A stretch of DNA of 64,000 nt from positions 12,938 to 76,937 of the forward strand of contig WJJS01000001.1 in assembly GCA_014729505.1 (NCBI GenBank). Reading direction: 5' to 3'. A program made the position numbers and the translations under genes. Shown here piece after piece: positions 26,347 to 36,117 of the stretch (positions within the stretch are counted from its first letter, which is position 1; each line of letters opens with the position of its first letter). The notes under the pieces are model-generated. The model was not told the DNA's origin, did not search any database, and saw nothing but the letters and a program-made list of their open reading frames with translations. The stretch comes from Candidatus Woesearchaeota archaeon (GTDB lineage Archaea > Nanobdellota > Nanobdellia > Woesearchaeales > ARS49).

Positions 26347-28515
26347 CTATTGCGCGTCGGTCAAACCCTTTCTCTCACGGATTTGTTTGACAACCTTGTC
26401 CTGCAATTCTCCTGGGAGCCGTTCAAAGACCTGATCGACGAGAGAACTGTTTCCACGACCGCCAGTCGCACTACGCAATTCTGAACTCCATCCAAACATC
26501 TCGGCGACAGGAAGCTTTGCACGAATCATCACCATAATATTCTCCTGATTCATATCAAGCAATTGTCCGCGTTTGTTACTGATCAATTTACTGACATCGC
26601 CCATATGCTCGACGGGAGCATCGATTTGGTGAATTTGCTTAGGTTCGTAAAGCACAGGAGTTGCCGCCATGATAGCCTGACGAATACCGTCGCGAACAGC
26701 AGGATACATCTGCGCAGGACCGCGGTGGATCGCATCCTCGTGAAGCTTTGCATCCATCAAAGAAACCTTCACTTTAACACAAGGCTCTCGCGCAACAGGA
26801 CCTGCATTCATAACATCTTCAAACATGTCAAGAACCATTTCCATAATCTCGTTAATCTGCACAATTCCTCTCGTCAAATCAAGAAAGACACAACCGTTAT
26901 GGATATCCTTAACACTCAATGCAACCTTGTTATCCCAACCGCAAGCAACAAGCACGTCACGCATTTCCAGATCTTTCTTTTTAACGCGACCTTCACTAAT
27001 CTTACCTTCTCTGATAGCATCAATAACTTCTTGTTCGAGAGGTTCAACCTTGAAGTACAACTTGTTGTGCTTATTAGGAGATTTTCCTTCAAAAGTATCA
27101 GATTCTCTTGTAACATTTTCACGATACACGACGATAGGAGGACTAGTTTTTACCTCAACACCCTTCTCAGACTTAATACGATTCTCAATAATTTCAAGAT
27201 GCAATTCTCCCATGCCGTGAATCAAGTGTTCGCCTGTCTCCTCATTGATCTCGACTTTAAGCGTAGGATCCTCCTTGACAACCATTCTCAACACTTCAAT
27301 AAGTTTTGGAAGATCGCTAGGTTTTTTTGCCTCAATAGCTTTAGAGACAACAGGCTCAAAAATGTGTGTGATCTCTTCAAAAGGCTCGGTAGGTTCTGTA
27401 GTAATCGTCTCACCAGGAAACGCTTTGACGCCAGCCAAACCAATAACATTACCAGCAGGACTACTCGGCACAATATCACGCTTTGCACCATTAAAGACAA
27501 AAACCTGCTGAATACGACTGGGCATCTTGGCGCGATTCAAATATACACTATCGCCTTTACTAATAGTGCCGGAAAAAATGCGACCACAGGAAATCTCACC
27601 AGCCTGAGGATCGACGACAACCTTAGTGATACAAATAAAAGTAGGCCCTTTTGGATTTGCTGCAAGAAGAGACTTGCCCTCCTCACTTTCAAGATCTCCC
27701 TTCCACAATTTAGGAATGCGATATTTTTGAGCCTGCGTAGGACTTGGATGATGTCGAATACACATGTTAAGAATCACTTCATGAATAGGTGCTTTTTTCT
27801 GCAAGACCTTATACGCTTCACCGCCCTGTTCATATGCATCAATAATATCCTTAAACCCAATATTATTTCTTTGCATATACGGAACTGAAAGTGCCCAATT
27901 ATGAAATGCACTGCCAAAAGCAACAGTACCATTTTGTACATCAACCTGCCACTCCTTCTTATATTCTGCAGGAGCAATGTTTGCGATAAGCTTATTCACT
28001 TCACCAATCACCTTCAAAAAACGCTCCTGCATTTTGTCAGGGGCAAGCTGCAATTCCTTTATCAAACGATCAACCTTATTGATGAACAAAACAGGCTTAA
28101 CACGCTCTTTTAGAGCCTGACGCAAAACCGTCTCGGTTTGAGGCATAATACCCTCAACAGCACACACAAGAACAATCGCACCGTCAATAGCGCGCATAGC
28201 ACGCGTTACGTCACCGCCAAAATCAACGTGACCCGGCGTATCAATAAGATTAATCAAATATTCCTTGCCATCAAACTGATGCACCATTGACACTGCAGCA
28301 CTATCAATAGTAATACCACGAGCCTTTTCATCCTCATGAAAATCAAGAGCGCAAGCCTTACCAGCGAGTAACTCACTCATCATGCCAGCTCCCGCTAAGA
28401 GATTATCAGAAAATGTAGTCTTACCGTGATCAATGTGAGCACAAGTACAAATATTACGGATTTGATCGGGCTTGCTAGAAATTTCTGCAACCCTTTCTGA
28501 CATCTTTTTAGCCAT
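26347..28515 (-). CDS. fusA: Translation elongation factor EF-2
   Basis: 722-aa ORF with AHIDHGKTT, DTPGHVDF, NKVDR and a diphthamide-loop region HEDAIHRGPAQ. Confidence 0.95.
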   Translation of the reverse strand: MAKKMSERVAEISSKPDQIRNICTCAHIDHGKTTFSDNLLAGAGMMSELLAGKACALDFHEDEKARGITIDSAAVSMVHQFDGKEYLINLIDTPGHVDFGGDVTRAMRAIDGAIVLVCAVEGIMPQTETVLRQALKERVKPVLFINKVDRLIKELQLAPDKMQERFLKVIGEVNKLIANIAPAEYKKEWQVDVQNGTVAFGSAFHNWALSVPYMQRNNIGFKDIIDAYEQGGEAYKVLQKKAPIHEVILNMCIRHHPSPTQAQKYRIPKLWKGDLESEEGKSLLAANPKGPTFICITKVVVDPQAGEISCGRIFSGTISKGDSVYLNRAKMPSRIQQVFVFNGAKRDIVPSSPAGNVIGLAGVKAFPGETITTEPTEPFEEITHIFEPVVSKAIEAKKPSDLPKLIEVLRMVVKEDPTLKVEINEETGEHLIHGMGELHLEIIENRIKSEKGVEVKTSPPIVVYRENVTRESDTFEGKSPNKHNKLYFKVEPLEQEVIDAIREGKISEGRVKKKDLEMRDVLVACGWDNKVALSVKDIHNGCVFLDLTRGIVQINEIMEMVLDMFEDVMNAGPVAREPCVKVKVSLMDAKLHEDAIHRGPAQMYPAVRDGIRQAIMAATPVLYEPKQIHQIDAPVEHMGDVSKLISNKRGQLLDMNQENIMVMIRAKLPVAEMFGWSSELRSATGGRGNSSLVDQVFERLPGELQDKVVKQIRERKGLTDAQ

Positions 28516-28527
28516 AGTCTATCACCT

Positions 28528-28713
28528 TTACTTAGACGGTTTAAGCTTACGAGCTTCTGCCGTCCATTTAACATTACGAGGTTTGCGCTTGAGTTTTACA
28601 TGACTCTTCTCACACTTCCTTTTACAAAAGTGCAATTCCTTGCCATCGTTTTTTACAAACAACATGCCCGTTCCCGGAGGAATGGACATCCCACAAAAAG
28701 CACACGTAGCCAT
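28528..28713 (-). CDS. rpl24e: 50S ribosomal protein L24e
   Basis: 61-aa ORF: CAFCGMSIPPGTGMLFVKNDGKELHFCKRKC...VKWT. Confidence 0.9.
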   Translation of the reverse strand: MATCAFCGMSIPPGTGMLFVKNDGKELHFCKRKCEKSHVKLKRKPRNVKWTAEARKLKPSK

Positions 28714-28995
28714 CTACTTCCTCCCCCGACCGCCACGAGACAACGGACGAGCCTCAAGTTCAGTTTCACGAAGCATCAAAATATCATCGATTTGCACAGG
28801 ACCGCGCACATTACGACGAAGAACCTTATCCTTATCACGACCATCAAGGACACGACAACGTACTTGAATAGCCTCCCCACGAGTGCCTGTACGACCAATC
28901 ACTTCTTCAACACGTGCAGGAACAGCAGGGCTGAAGCGAACGCCGCCTTTTTTCTCTTCCTTTTGATCCTTACGCACTGGTTTTTTTGCTGCCAT
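28714..28995 (-). CDS. rps28e: 30S ribosomal protein S28e
   Basis: [41 protein letters not shown]. Confidence 0.9.
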   Translation of the reverse strand: MAAKKPVRKDQKEEKKGGVRFSPAVPARVEEVIGRTGTRGEAIQVRCRVLDGRDKDKVLRRNVRGPVQIDDILMLRETELEARPLSRGGRGRK

Positions 28996-28996
28996 T

Positions 28997-29329
28997 TTAC
29001 GCTGCCTTTAGATTTTGTTGGATTTCTTGAATAACCTTCTTAGCATCGCCCTCGGCGATAATTGCTACTGCCGCTGTAGACACCGGAAGACCGGCAGCAG
29101 TGCCAAGATCTTCCTTATTATCAATCTCGACACAAACAATATTCTTCTCCTTAGCAAGAAGAGGCAAATGCATCACAATTTCAGGTGGCGACACATTCTT
29201 TGCAAACGCTACAAGTTTAGCCGTACCACGCTCAAGAGCTTTTGTAACCTCATTTGAACCCTTCTTGAGTTTTCCTGTATTTTTTGCGATCTCAATCGCT
29301 TCCAAGACTTTATCGGTAAGTTCACTCAT
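28997..29329 (-). CDS. rpl7ae: 50S ribosomal protein L7Ae
   Basis: [34 protein letters not shown]. The start is trimmed to the ATG at 29329 (MSELTD). Confidence 0.9.
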   Translation of the reverse strand: MSELTDKVLEAIEIAKNTGKLKKGSNEVTKALERGTAKLVAFAKNVSPPEIVMHLPLLAKEKNIVCVEIDNKEDLGTAAGLPVSTAAVAIIAEGDAKKVIQEIQQNLKAA

Positions 29330-29463
29330 GATACCCCTCCGGAGATTAGAAACCTCCTCGGCCAAAGGCCTCATTGGATACCAATTTGAGCAAGACGGTG
29401 GTATATAAAAGTATCGTCTATAATCGAGAAGTATATAAACCAATTTTGTTTCATAAGGAACAC

Positions 29464-29703
29464 ATGGCAAAAAAGAGATGGAAAACAGTACTCATATACG
29501 TAGCATTCATATTTTTGGGACTATTGTGGGGAGTGATAGAAGAATTCTACATGGAACCAAGCAATGAAGAAAAACTCGACGAGTATATCTCTTGCGGTCT
29601 TGAAATGAACTGGTGCATAAACGACTGCTACGGAAACTTTGCATGCAAAGAAGACTGCATACAACAAAGAATTATTTGTGACAAAGAGACACTTGATCAA
29701 TGA
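29464..29703 (+). CDS. Small TM-anchored Cys6 protein (paralog 1)
   Basis: 79 aa from the ATG at 29464: a TM helix, then C-x6-C-x3-C-x5-C-x3-C-x6-C. Confidence 0.5.
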   Translation: MAKKRWKTVLIYVAFIFLGLLWGVIEEFYMEPSNEEKLDEYISCGLEMNWCINDCYGNFACKEDCIQQRIICDKETLDQ

Positions 29704-29963
29704 AAAAAAATATCATATTCATAGCTAGCGGATTGCTTCTTTTGTTACTATTTTTTATTGGCGCAAGCATATGGGCAACACATTATTTCGCCCAGAACAT
29801 TGAAAAAGAACTCGAAGGAGCCCGAGGATGTCGCACAAGTTTTGAACGATGCTACAACGAATGCACAGACTATATGCGAGAACAATGTGTACATACTTGT
29901 TTAAGTAACAGATATTTGTGTGAAGAAAGAACATTGGGTTGGGAAGCGCCGACGCCAGGGTAA
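29700..29963 (+). CDS. Small TM-anchored Cys6 protein (paralog 2)
   Basis: 87 aa: a TM helix, then C-x6-C-x3-C-x7-C-x3-C-x6-C. ATGA overlap with paralog 1. Confidence 0.5.
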   Translation: MKKNIIFIASGLLLLLLFFIGASIWATHYFAQNIEKELEGARGCRTSFERCYNECTDYMREQCVHTCLSNRYLCEERTLGWEAPTPG

Positions 29964-29999
29964 TATTTAAATACTGACACAAGACGTTCAAAGAATTAC

Positions 30000-30107
30000 G
30001 CGCAGATAGTACAATGGCTAGTATAGCGGCCTTCCACTGCACGGCAGAAGCAAGCCGTTGATCCGGGTTCGAAAATGAATCTTTCATCGAATGTCCCGGT
30101 CTGCGCA
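30000..30107 (+). tRNA. tRNA-Gly (anticodon TCC) with two introns: 16 nt at 37/38 and 20 nt in the T loop (about 59/60)
   Basis: Acceptor GCGCAGA/TCTGCGC, anticodon arm GCGGC-CTTCCA[16]A-GCCGT, T arm CCGGG-TTCGAA[20]T-CCCGG, discriminator A, T6 run. Exons sum to 72 nt. Confidence 0.8.
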
Positions 30108-30111
30108 TTTT

Positions 30112-30614
30112 TTACTTTTTACAACGAGCATTGTTTTGTCTCCAAACGCAATATGCTGCATATTTTTCCTTCTTTATGTGGTGATTAAAACCGATGAGTT
30201 GGAAAAGTAAATAGTCTTTAGCTGGAATTCGTAGAGTAAAACAATGCTTGTGTTTTGGATTGGTCGAATATCTTGTGTGCCACGTAGAACTTATGCCTTC
30301 TGCAAGAAGCATTTGTTGAACTTGACGTCTTGCATCCTCGTTGGGATTATAGGCAATGATGCTACTTCTATAAACGGCACCCTCATCATCGAAGAACGCT
30401 CTTAACCCGTCCGCCTTAGAATTTTATCTTTTGTGATTTCTTTCGAGATTGTCCAAGGGCGATCAAGAGTATATCCAAGTTCACATATCTTCTCAAAAAG
30501 AAGTCGATTAGCTACTTGAAGGCGATGTTTATTCCTTCCAAAATAGATGTAGATTCCCGGCAAAACTTTTCGAACTGCCGCGGCTGCAGAACAGTTGAAC
30601 ATAGGAGCAGACAC
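30112..30614 (-). pseudogene. Frameshifted LAGLIDADG-type homing endonuclease remnant
   Basis: Hand translation of 30312-30420 gives KADGLRAFFDDEGAVYRSSIIAYNP..., a LAGLIDADG-like motif continuous with track ORF 30112-30312. The upstream part (ORF 30402-30614) is in another frame, and no first LAGLIDADG motif was found. Confidence 0.45.
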
Positions 30615-30889
30615 GGGCTACTACAAGGACTATATTGCAGAACCTGAAAATGTACGAAAGAAACTTGAAAAAGAAGCCGCAGAAAGGGTCTTACTGTTTC
30701 AAATCGCGTCTGAAGATGGAGCGGACATGAACCGGATAGATGGCGGAAAAATTGTACGTTTATATCCGGAAAAACCATCTCAAGAACAAGGATTTTTCTC
30801 GCGAGTATTGCACGATGCAAACACATTAAAGCCCAAAGCTTTATATAATAATTGATAATTTATACCTTATAATATAGGGGGGGAATAAT

Positions 30890-31126
30890 ATGCCATACGA
30901 TAAAAGTCTTGATAAACAGCTCTTTAGTGAGTCAGTAGAATTTGAAACCACGAGACTAACAGTTAGTGTATTCTCGTACAACGACGGAACACCAAAAATC
31001 CAGATCGCCAGAGAAAATAAGAACCGCGACGGAGAATGGCAGTTTGCAAAGCTTGGCCGCATGGTCAAAGCAGAAGCTGAAGCCGTCTTACCACTACTCA
31101 AGAAAGCGGTAGAATCACTCGATTAG
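30890..31126 (+). CDS. PC4/YdbC-like ssDNA-binding protein
   Basis: 78-aa ORF. RLTVSVFSYNDGTPKIQIARENKNRDGEWQFAKLGRMVKAEAEAVLPLL follows the YdbC/PC4 pattern. Confidence 0.5.
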   Translation: MPYDKSLDKQLFSESVEFETTRLTVSVFSYNDGTPKIQIARENKNRDGEWQFAKLGRMVKAEAEAVLPLLKKAVESLD

Positions 31127-31470
31127 CGCGATAAGTGCACTTCAGTAGCATTGTCGCCAGATCCTATAACGACATAAACATCAGTACGTTCTTGATCGAA
31201 AAACACGGTGTACGGCAACGTTCCCCCATCAGATTGAAGAGCAGTCGTCGCGTAGCACATCGATTTATTCTTATATGCTGTCATACCCTGAATAACGGTT
31301 TTCACACCATCTTCAGTCGTTAATTCTCCTGCTTTACACCACTCCGTGGAAGGAGCGGATGGTGCAGTTATGACTCCAGCATTCTTGGAACTCGTCGTTT
31401 TCAGCGTTTGCTGACAAGCGCTCATCAACAATAAAGACACTAGGATCATCACTACACACAATCGTTTCAT
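31123..31470 (-). CDS. Predicted secreted lipoprotein
   Basis: MKRLCVVMILVSLLLMSAC is a signal peptide with a lipobox-like MSAC. Confidence 0.5.
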   Translation of the reverse strand: MKRLCVVMILVSLLLMSACQQTLKTTSSKNAGVITAPSAPSTEWCKAGELTTEDGVKTVIQGMTAYKNKSMCYATTALQSDGGTLPYTVFFDQERTDVYVVIGSGDNATEVHLSR

Positions 31471-31505
31471 GAACGAGCACCTGTATTTTCCAGTATATAA
31501 GTTTA

Positions 31506-32186
31506 ATGGCTTTGCTCATAAGGTATATAAGGGAAAGACACATCACTATAGCAAAAGAGATGGCCTTAGAAACATTTCACCACTATCAGCACCTGTATGA
31601 AGAATTCTTCAGTGTTCGATTCAAACCAATACCCATAGTTGATATTGTCGAAGACTACGACCTCGTCGCAGGAAGCGTGCGCATCCACGAAAACGCATCA
31701 CGATGGTACTTCTTCATCCCAGAACGACTCACCGAATGGGAACTCTTTGTACTGCTTGAAACAAAACAATGGCTCAGTCCCAACACAGAAAAAGTTGTTA
31801 TACGAAACAAGATAAAAGAATTGACAACAAGAAAAGGAATAGCTGAAGCGAGGGCACAACATTTGTACGACTTATTCATGCAAGTCACCTGTGGATATGG
31901 ATTACTCGAAGTATTGCTTGGCGATGCGAAACTCAAAGCCATACGCATTCACACACTCAACAAGGTAAGCACGGTAAAAGTTGACATTGAACACTACGGG
32001 GAATGTAACACGAACCTTCTATTTACCAAAGAATTTATTGACACACTCTCAAAAAAATTACGACACGAGCGATGCGCAGGACTCGAACCATGCTCTATTC
32101 GCATAGGCGATATCCCGGTTAGCGCGCACGTCAAAGACGAAGCAGGACAACACCTGCACTCAAGGACTATTAAAATAAAGAAATAG
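31506..32186 (+). CDS. Protein resembling only the N-terminal domain of FlaI/VirB11-type secretion ATPases (no P-loop)
   Basis: 226-aa ORF. GYGLLEVLLGDAKLKAIRI resembles the GYGPLEPLL.D motif preceding the ATPase core, but no Walker A follows. Confidence 0.35.
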   Translation: MALLIRYIRERHITIAKEMALETFHHYQHLYEEFFSVRFKPIPIVDIVEDYDLVAGSVRIHENASRWYFFIPERLTEWELFVLLETKQWLSPNTEKVVIRNKIKELTTRKGIAEARAQHLYDLFMQVTCGYGLLEVLLGDAKLKAIRIHTLNKVSTVKVDIEHYGECNTNLLFTKEFIDTLSKKLRHERCAGLEPCSIRIGDIPVSAHVKDEAGQHLHSRTIKIKK

Positions 32187-32199
32187 CAATGCTCAGCAA

Positions 32200-33807
32200 T
32201 CAGGACTCTGGCGGCATATTATGCTCGGTTTCTTGACCTGAAGCAATCACGTCATCAATGCGAAGAATCATCTGTGCCACTTCTGAAGCAGCTGTAATCG
32301 CCTGAGTCTTAATGCGCAGGGGCTCGATTACGCCAGCATCAAAACTGTTTACGATTTTACCCGCATGCACATCAATGCCAGCCTTTTTACTGCCAGCATC
32401 ATGAGCCGCTTTTAATTCGGTCAACACATCAATAGGATCAAGACCTGCATTTTCCGCAAGCGTCCGAGGAATGATTTCCAGTGATTGAGCAAAAGCCTGC
32501 ACAGCCAACTGTTCACGACCACTCAACGTTTCTGCATACACACGAAGACCTCGAGCAAGTTCTATCTCTGTAGCACCGGCACCAGTAACCACTTTACCAA
32601 GCTTGAGCGCAGCAGCAATATCACCAATAGCATCAGTCAACGCGCGTTTAGCCTCGTCAGCGATATGATCAGTTCCTCCGCGCACAAGAATAGAAACAGA
32701 CTTAGGATTAGTGCATTCAGTAACAAAAATCATCTCCTCACCAGCAATACGACGTTCAGTCACCTGGCCAGCAGCACCCAAATCCTCAGCACTCAAATCT
32801 TCAAGATTAGACACGACACGACCGCTAGTTGCAAGCGCCAACGATTCCATATCACTTTTCTTTACACGACGACAAGCAAGAATACCCTCCTTAGCAAGAA
32901 AATGCTGCGCAATATCATCAATACCCTTTTGACAAAACAACACCGACGCGCCAGTAGCCTTCACTTTAGAAACCATAGCACGGAGCATTTTCTCTTCTTG
33001 ATCAATAAACGCCTGCATCTGTGACGGATCAGTAATGGAGATCTTTGCATCGATCTCAGTATTTCGAATCTCAAAAGCTGCATCAACAAGAGCAACCTTC
33101 GCATTCTTAACAATTCTTGGCATCGACGGATGAACAGCTTCCTTTTCAATAATAATGCCTTCAATAAGTTCGCTGTCTTCAACACCGCCACCAGCCTTTT
33201 TCTCGATCTTTACATGATCATCATCAAACTCAAAAACGCCGTCTTTTTGTTCAGCAACACGAAGCACTGCACGAACGGCGATTGTAGAAAGTTTTTCCTG
33301 AGCAGATTCTGCACCCTTACCATTAATTGCAGTCATTCCAATCTTAATAAGCGTATCAGTATCATCTCGAGCAATATCATCAGCAAACTCTGCGAGCAAC
33401 TCATGAGCCTTAACCGTAGCCATGCGATAGCCACGAGCAATCACTGTTGGATGAATATCCTGATCAAGCAAATTCTCAGACTGTTTGAGCAGTTCACCAG
33501 CAATAACAACAGCAGTTGTGGTACCATCACCGATCTCCTCCTCTTGAGTTCTCGACACCTCTACAAGCATCTTCGCAGCAGGATGATTAACCTGCATCTC
33601 TTCTAGAATAGTCACACCATCATTAGTGATCGTAATCTCGCCCATACTGTCAACGAGCATCTTATCCATACCCTTAGGACCGAGTGTTGTACGAACAGCC
33701 TCAGCAAGCGCTTTAGCCGCAAGAATATTATTACGTTGTGCAGATCGTCCAGTCACACGCTGCGATCCTTCAGGCAAAATAAATATAGGTTGCATTTCTT
33801 TTGACAT
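32200..33807 (-). CDS. ths: Thermosome subunit (group II chaperonin)
   Basis: 535-aa ORF with [37 protein letters not shown] and VTGAGATE. Confidence 0.95.
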   Translation of the reverse strand: MSKEMQPIFILPEGSQRVTGRSAQRNNILAAKALAEAVRTTLGPKGMDKMLVDSMGEITITNDGVTILEEMQVNHPAAKMLVEVSRTQEEEIGDGTTTAVVIAGELLKQSENLLDQDIHPTVIARGYRMATVKAHELLAEFADDIARDDTDTLIKIGMTAINGKGAESAQEKLSTIAVRAVLRVAEQKDGVFEFDDDHVKIEKKAGGGVEDSELIEGIIIEKEAVHPSMPRIVKNAKVALVDAAFEIRNTEIDAKISITDPSQMQAFIDQEEKMLRAMVSKVKATGASVLFCQKGIDDIAQHFLAKEGILACRRVKKSDMESLALATSGRVVSNLEDLSAEDLGAAGQVTERRIAGEEMIFVTECTNPKSVSILVRGGTDHIADEAKRALTDAIGDIAAALKLGKVVTGAGATEIELARGLRVYAETLSGREQLAVQAFAQSLEIIPRTLAENAGLDPIDVLTELKAAHDAGSKKAGIDVHAGKIVNSFDAGVIEPLRIKTQAITAASEVAQMILRIDDVIASGQETEHNMPPES

Positions 33808-33917
33808 ACTAATCCCCCGTGTATACCATCACTATCACTTTCTTTTAAACGTTTCGTCTGCCCATGCAATGCAAAGACAATAATAAAGTTTATAGCAAAC
33901 GTCATGTTCTTACCAGT

Positions 33918-35107
33918 ATGCGCGTTTTTGAAAGAGGGGAACTGAGACTCTTATGGCCGTTTTATGCCGATTATCTACTATCACAACTACTCTTTTTTGC
34001 ACCAGCGTTTTACATCGTGTATTTTCTGGATATTGGCCTGTCCTTGTTTCAGTTAGGACTTGTTATGGCTGCAGCACCACTGGCAGGTCTGCTCTTTGAG
34101 ATTCCAACAGGAGCCGTAGCAGATCTGTACGGGAGAAAATTTTCAGTCCTGCTAAGCTTTCTACTGGTAGCAGCAGGTTATTTGCTTCTCTTCTTCTTTA
34201 CAAGTATCCCAGCACTTATTGCCATTTTTGCGTTAATCGGATTTGCAGGAACATTCTGGTCGGGAGCAAAAGATGCGTGGGTTGTTGATCTTATAGGAAA
34301 AAGAAAAACATTACTCCAAATTATTTTGCAAAAGCAGATTTTCTCAGCAGTCTTGGACTAGTCATATCAGGCATCCTTGGAGCGTTCATTGTTGAAGTCA
34401 TTGGCCTACGATCCATATGGTTATTTGCTGCAGGTGCGTACGCGATATCATTTGTAGTTCTACTCACAGCCCCTGAACGTTATCGCAGACGACACACTTC
34501 ATTTAGTCGAGCTCTTAAAACTGTAACACAACAAAGCGGGGATGCGTTACGATACTGTCGAATGCACCACATACTTTACGCATTTTTCATTGCAAGCGCT
34601 CTTTGGCTTATCGCAGGAGCAATAGGAGGAGTCATGGCATGGACACCCTTTCTTATCGAACTTGGTTTTGCAGAACAACACTTTGGCTACTTGTGGAGTG
34701 CGATGGCCGTAGTACAAATGATGGGACTTGCCATCTCACAATTCGCTCTAAAAACGATCTCGTCTCGAAAAGTGATCATTGTTGCCCAGTCATTGTTTGC
34801 TGCAACTCTCCTTGCCGTGTATTGGGTATCTTCACTGCCGTTTGCGTTGTTACTGGTACTGTTTAGCATCTTATTTGCCTCAGCAAAAGCACCTTCATTA
34901 AACGTGTTCTTTCATCGGTTTACTCCTTCATACATGAGAGCAACCATCGGTTCAGTCAAGGCAACACTCGGCGCAGCTATAGCCATACTCATGATGCCGA
35001 TTTCAGGACATTTTATTGACACTATAGGTGCTCAAAACGCATTATTTAGCGCGGGACTTGCATTACTGCCTGCAGTAGGGATATACCTGCTAATGAAAGA
35101 ACACTAA
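33918..35107 (+). pseudogene. MFS transporter interrupted by a frameshift near 34298-34321 (or a sequencing error)
   Basis: ORF 33864-34361 (TM1-4, ADLYGRKF) and ORF 34562-35107 (TM7-12) join if the reading frame shifts in the A5-G-A5 tract. The other frame then reads KNITPNYFAKADFLSSLGLVISGILG and continues. Confidence 0.6.
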
Positions 35108-35148
35108 ATCTTTAAATAGTTCCTTTCACTGATTTGACCAAAAAGAGA

Positions 35149-36117
35149 ATGTATGATATCATTACTATAGGATCCGGTACTGTCGACGTATTTGTAGAAA
35201 CAGAAGACAAGCAAATAGTGCCGCACAACAATCATCAAGACGTTTGCTATCACATCGGGGACAAAGTACTCATCAAACGATTGCAGCACAGCACCGGTGG
35301 CGGAGGAACAAACAGTGCTGTAGGATTCTCGCGTATGGGACTCAACACTGGCTGGATAGGTCAAGTAGGCCAAGACGCGAATATGCACTATATTATGGAA
35401 ACGCTGCAACAAGAACGCGTCACCTTTCTTGGCAACTGTTCAAAGGGTATGAGCGGTTACAGCGTTATACTCGTCGGACTGCGAAAAGACAGAACGATAC
35501 TTACCTACAAAGGAATCAACAATATGCTTGCCGTAAAGGACAAGGATCTCAAACAATTGAAAACGAAATGGTTCTATTTCTCATCAATGATGGACAAAAG
35601 CTTACGCACGCAAAAAAAGATAGCACAACACGCTAAGAAAAAAGGCATACGATATGCGTACAATCCGAGCTGTTACCTCGCAGAAAAAGGAATGAGAGTG
35701 CTCGGACCCATTGTACGAGGAGCCACAGTGCTTGTAATGAACGCACAAGAAGCAGCATACTTGCTTGACACTTCGCCACAACAAAAAGCAGAGAATGCCA
35801 GAGCACTCACCAAGTACGGCCAGTACGGTATTGTCACCGACGGGCCGCGGGAAGGCTATGCAAGCGACGGTACTCATCTGTACGTGTGGAAACCACGAAA
35901 AGCAAAAATCGTCGAAACAACAGGAGCAGGAGACAGTTTTGCTGTTGGAGTTGTCACAGGCATTATCAAAGGCATGACCCTAGCACAATCACTACAATTA
36001 GGCTATGCAAATGCAGTTTCAGTACTCGGAGAGATCGGTGCAAAAAACAACTTGCTCACATATCGTAATGCTCGACGAGAACTAAGGGAACATCCAGTGA
36101 GGGTAAAACGAATATGA
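35149..36117 (+). CDS. PfkB-family sugar/sugar-phosphate kinase
   Basis: MYDIITIGSGTVDVF, GGGGTNSAVG and TTGAGDSFAVGVV. Confidence 0.8.
   Translation: MYDIITIGSGTVDVFVETEDKQIVPHNNHQDVCYHIGDKVLIKRLQHSTGGGGTNSAVGFSRMGLNTGWIGQVGQDANMHYIMETLQQERVTFLGNCSKGMSGYSVILVGLRKDRTILTYKGINNMLAVKDKDLKQLKTKWFYFSSMMDKSLRTQKKIAQHAKKKGIRYAYNPSCYLAEKGMRVLGPIVRGATVLVMNAQEAAYLLDTSPQQKAENARALTKYGQYGIVTDGPREGYASDGTHLYVWKPRKAKIVETTGAGDSFAVGVVTGIIKGMTLAQSLQLGYANAVSVLGEIGAKNNLLTYRNARRELREHPVRVKRI

Noticed and set aside
26563-27888. A 441-aa plus-strand ORF, and many similar 60-260-aa ORFs antisense to EF-2, the P-type ATPase, thermosome, RNAP, Rad50 and others.
   Set aside because: They lie entirely inside strongly supported genes on the opposite strand and have low-complexity, Ser/Leu/Arg/Asn-rich translations with no motifs. 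They are typical shadow ORFs.
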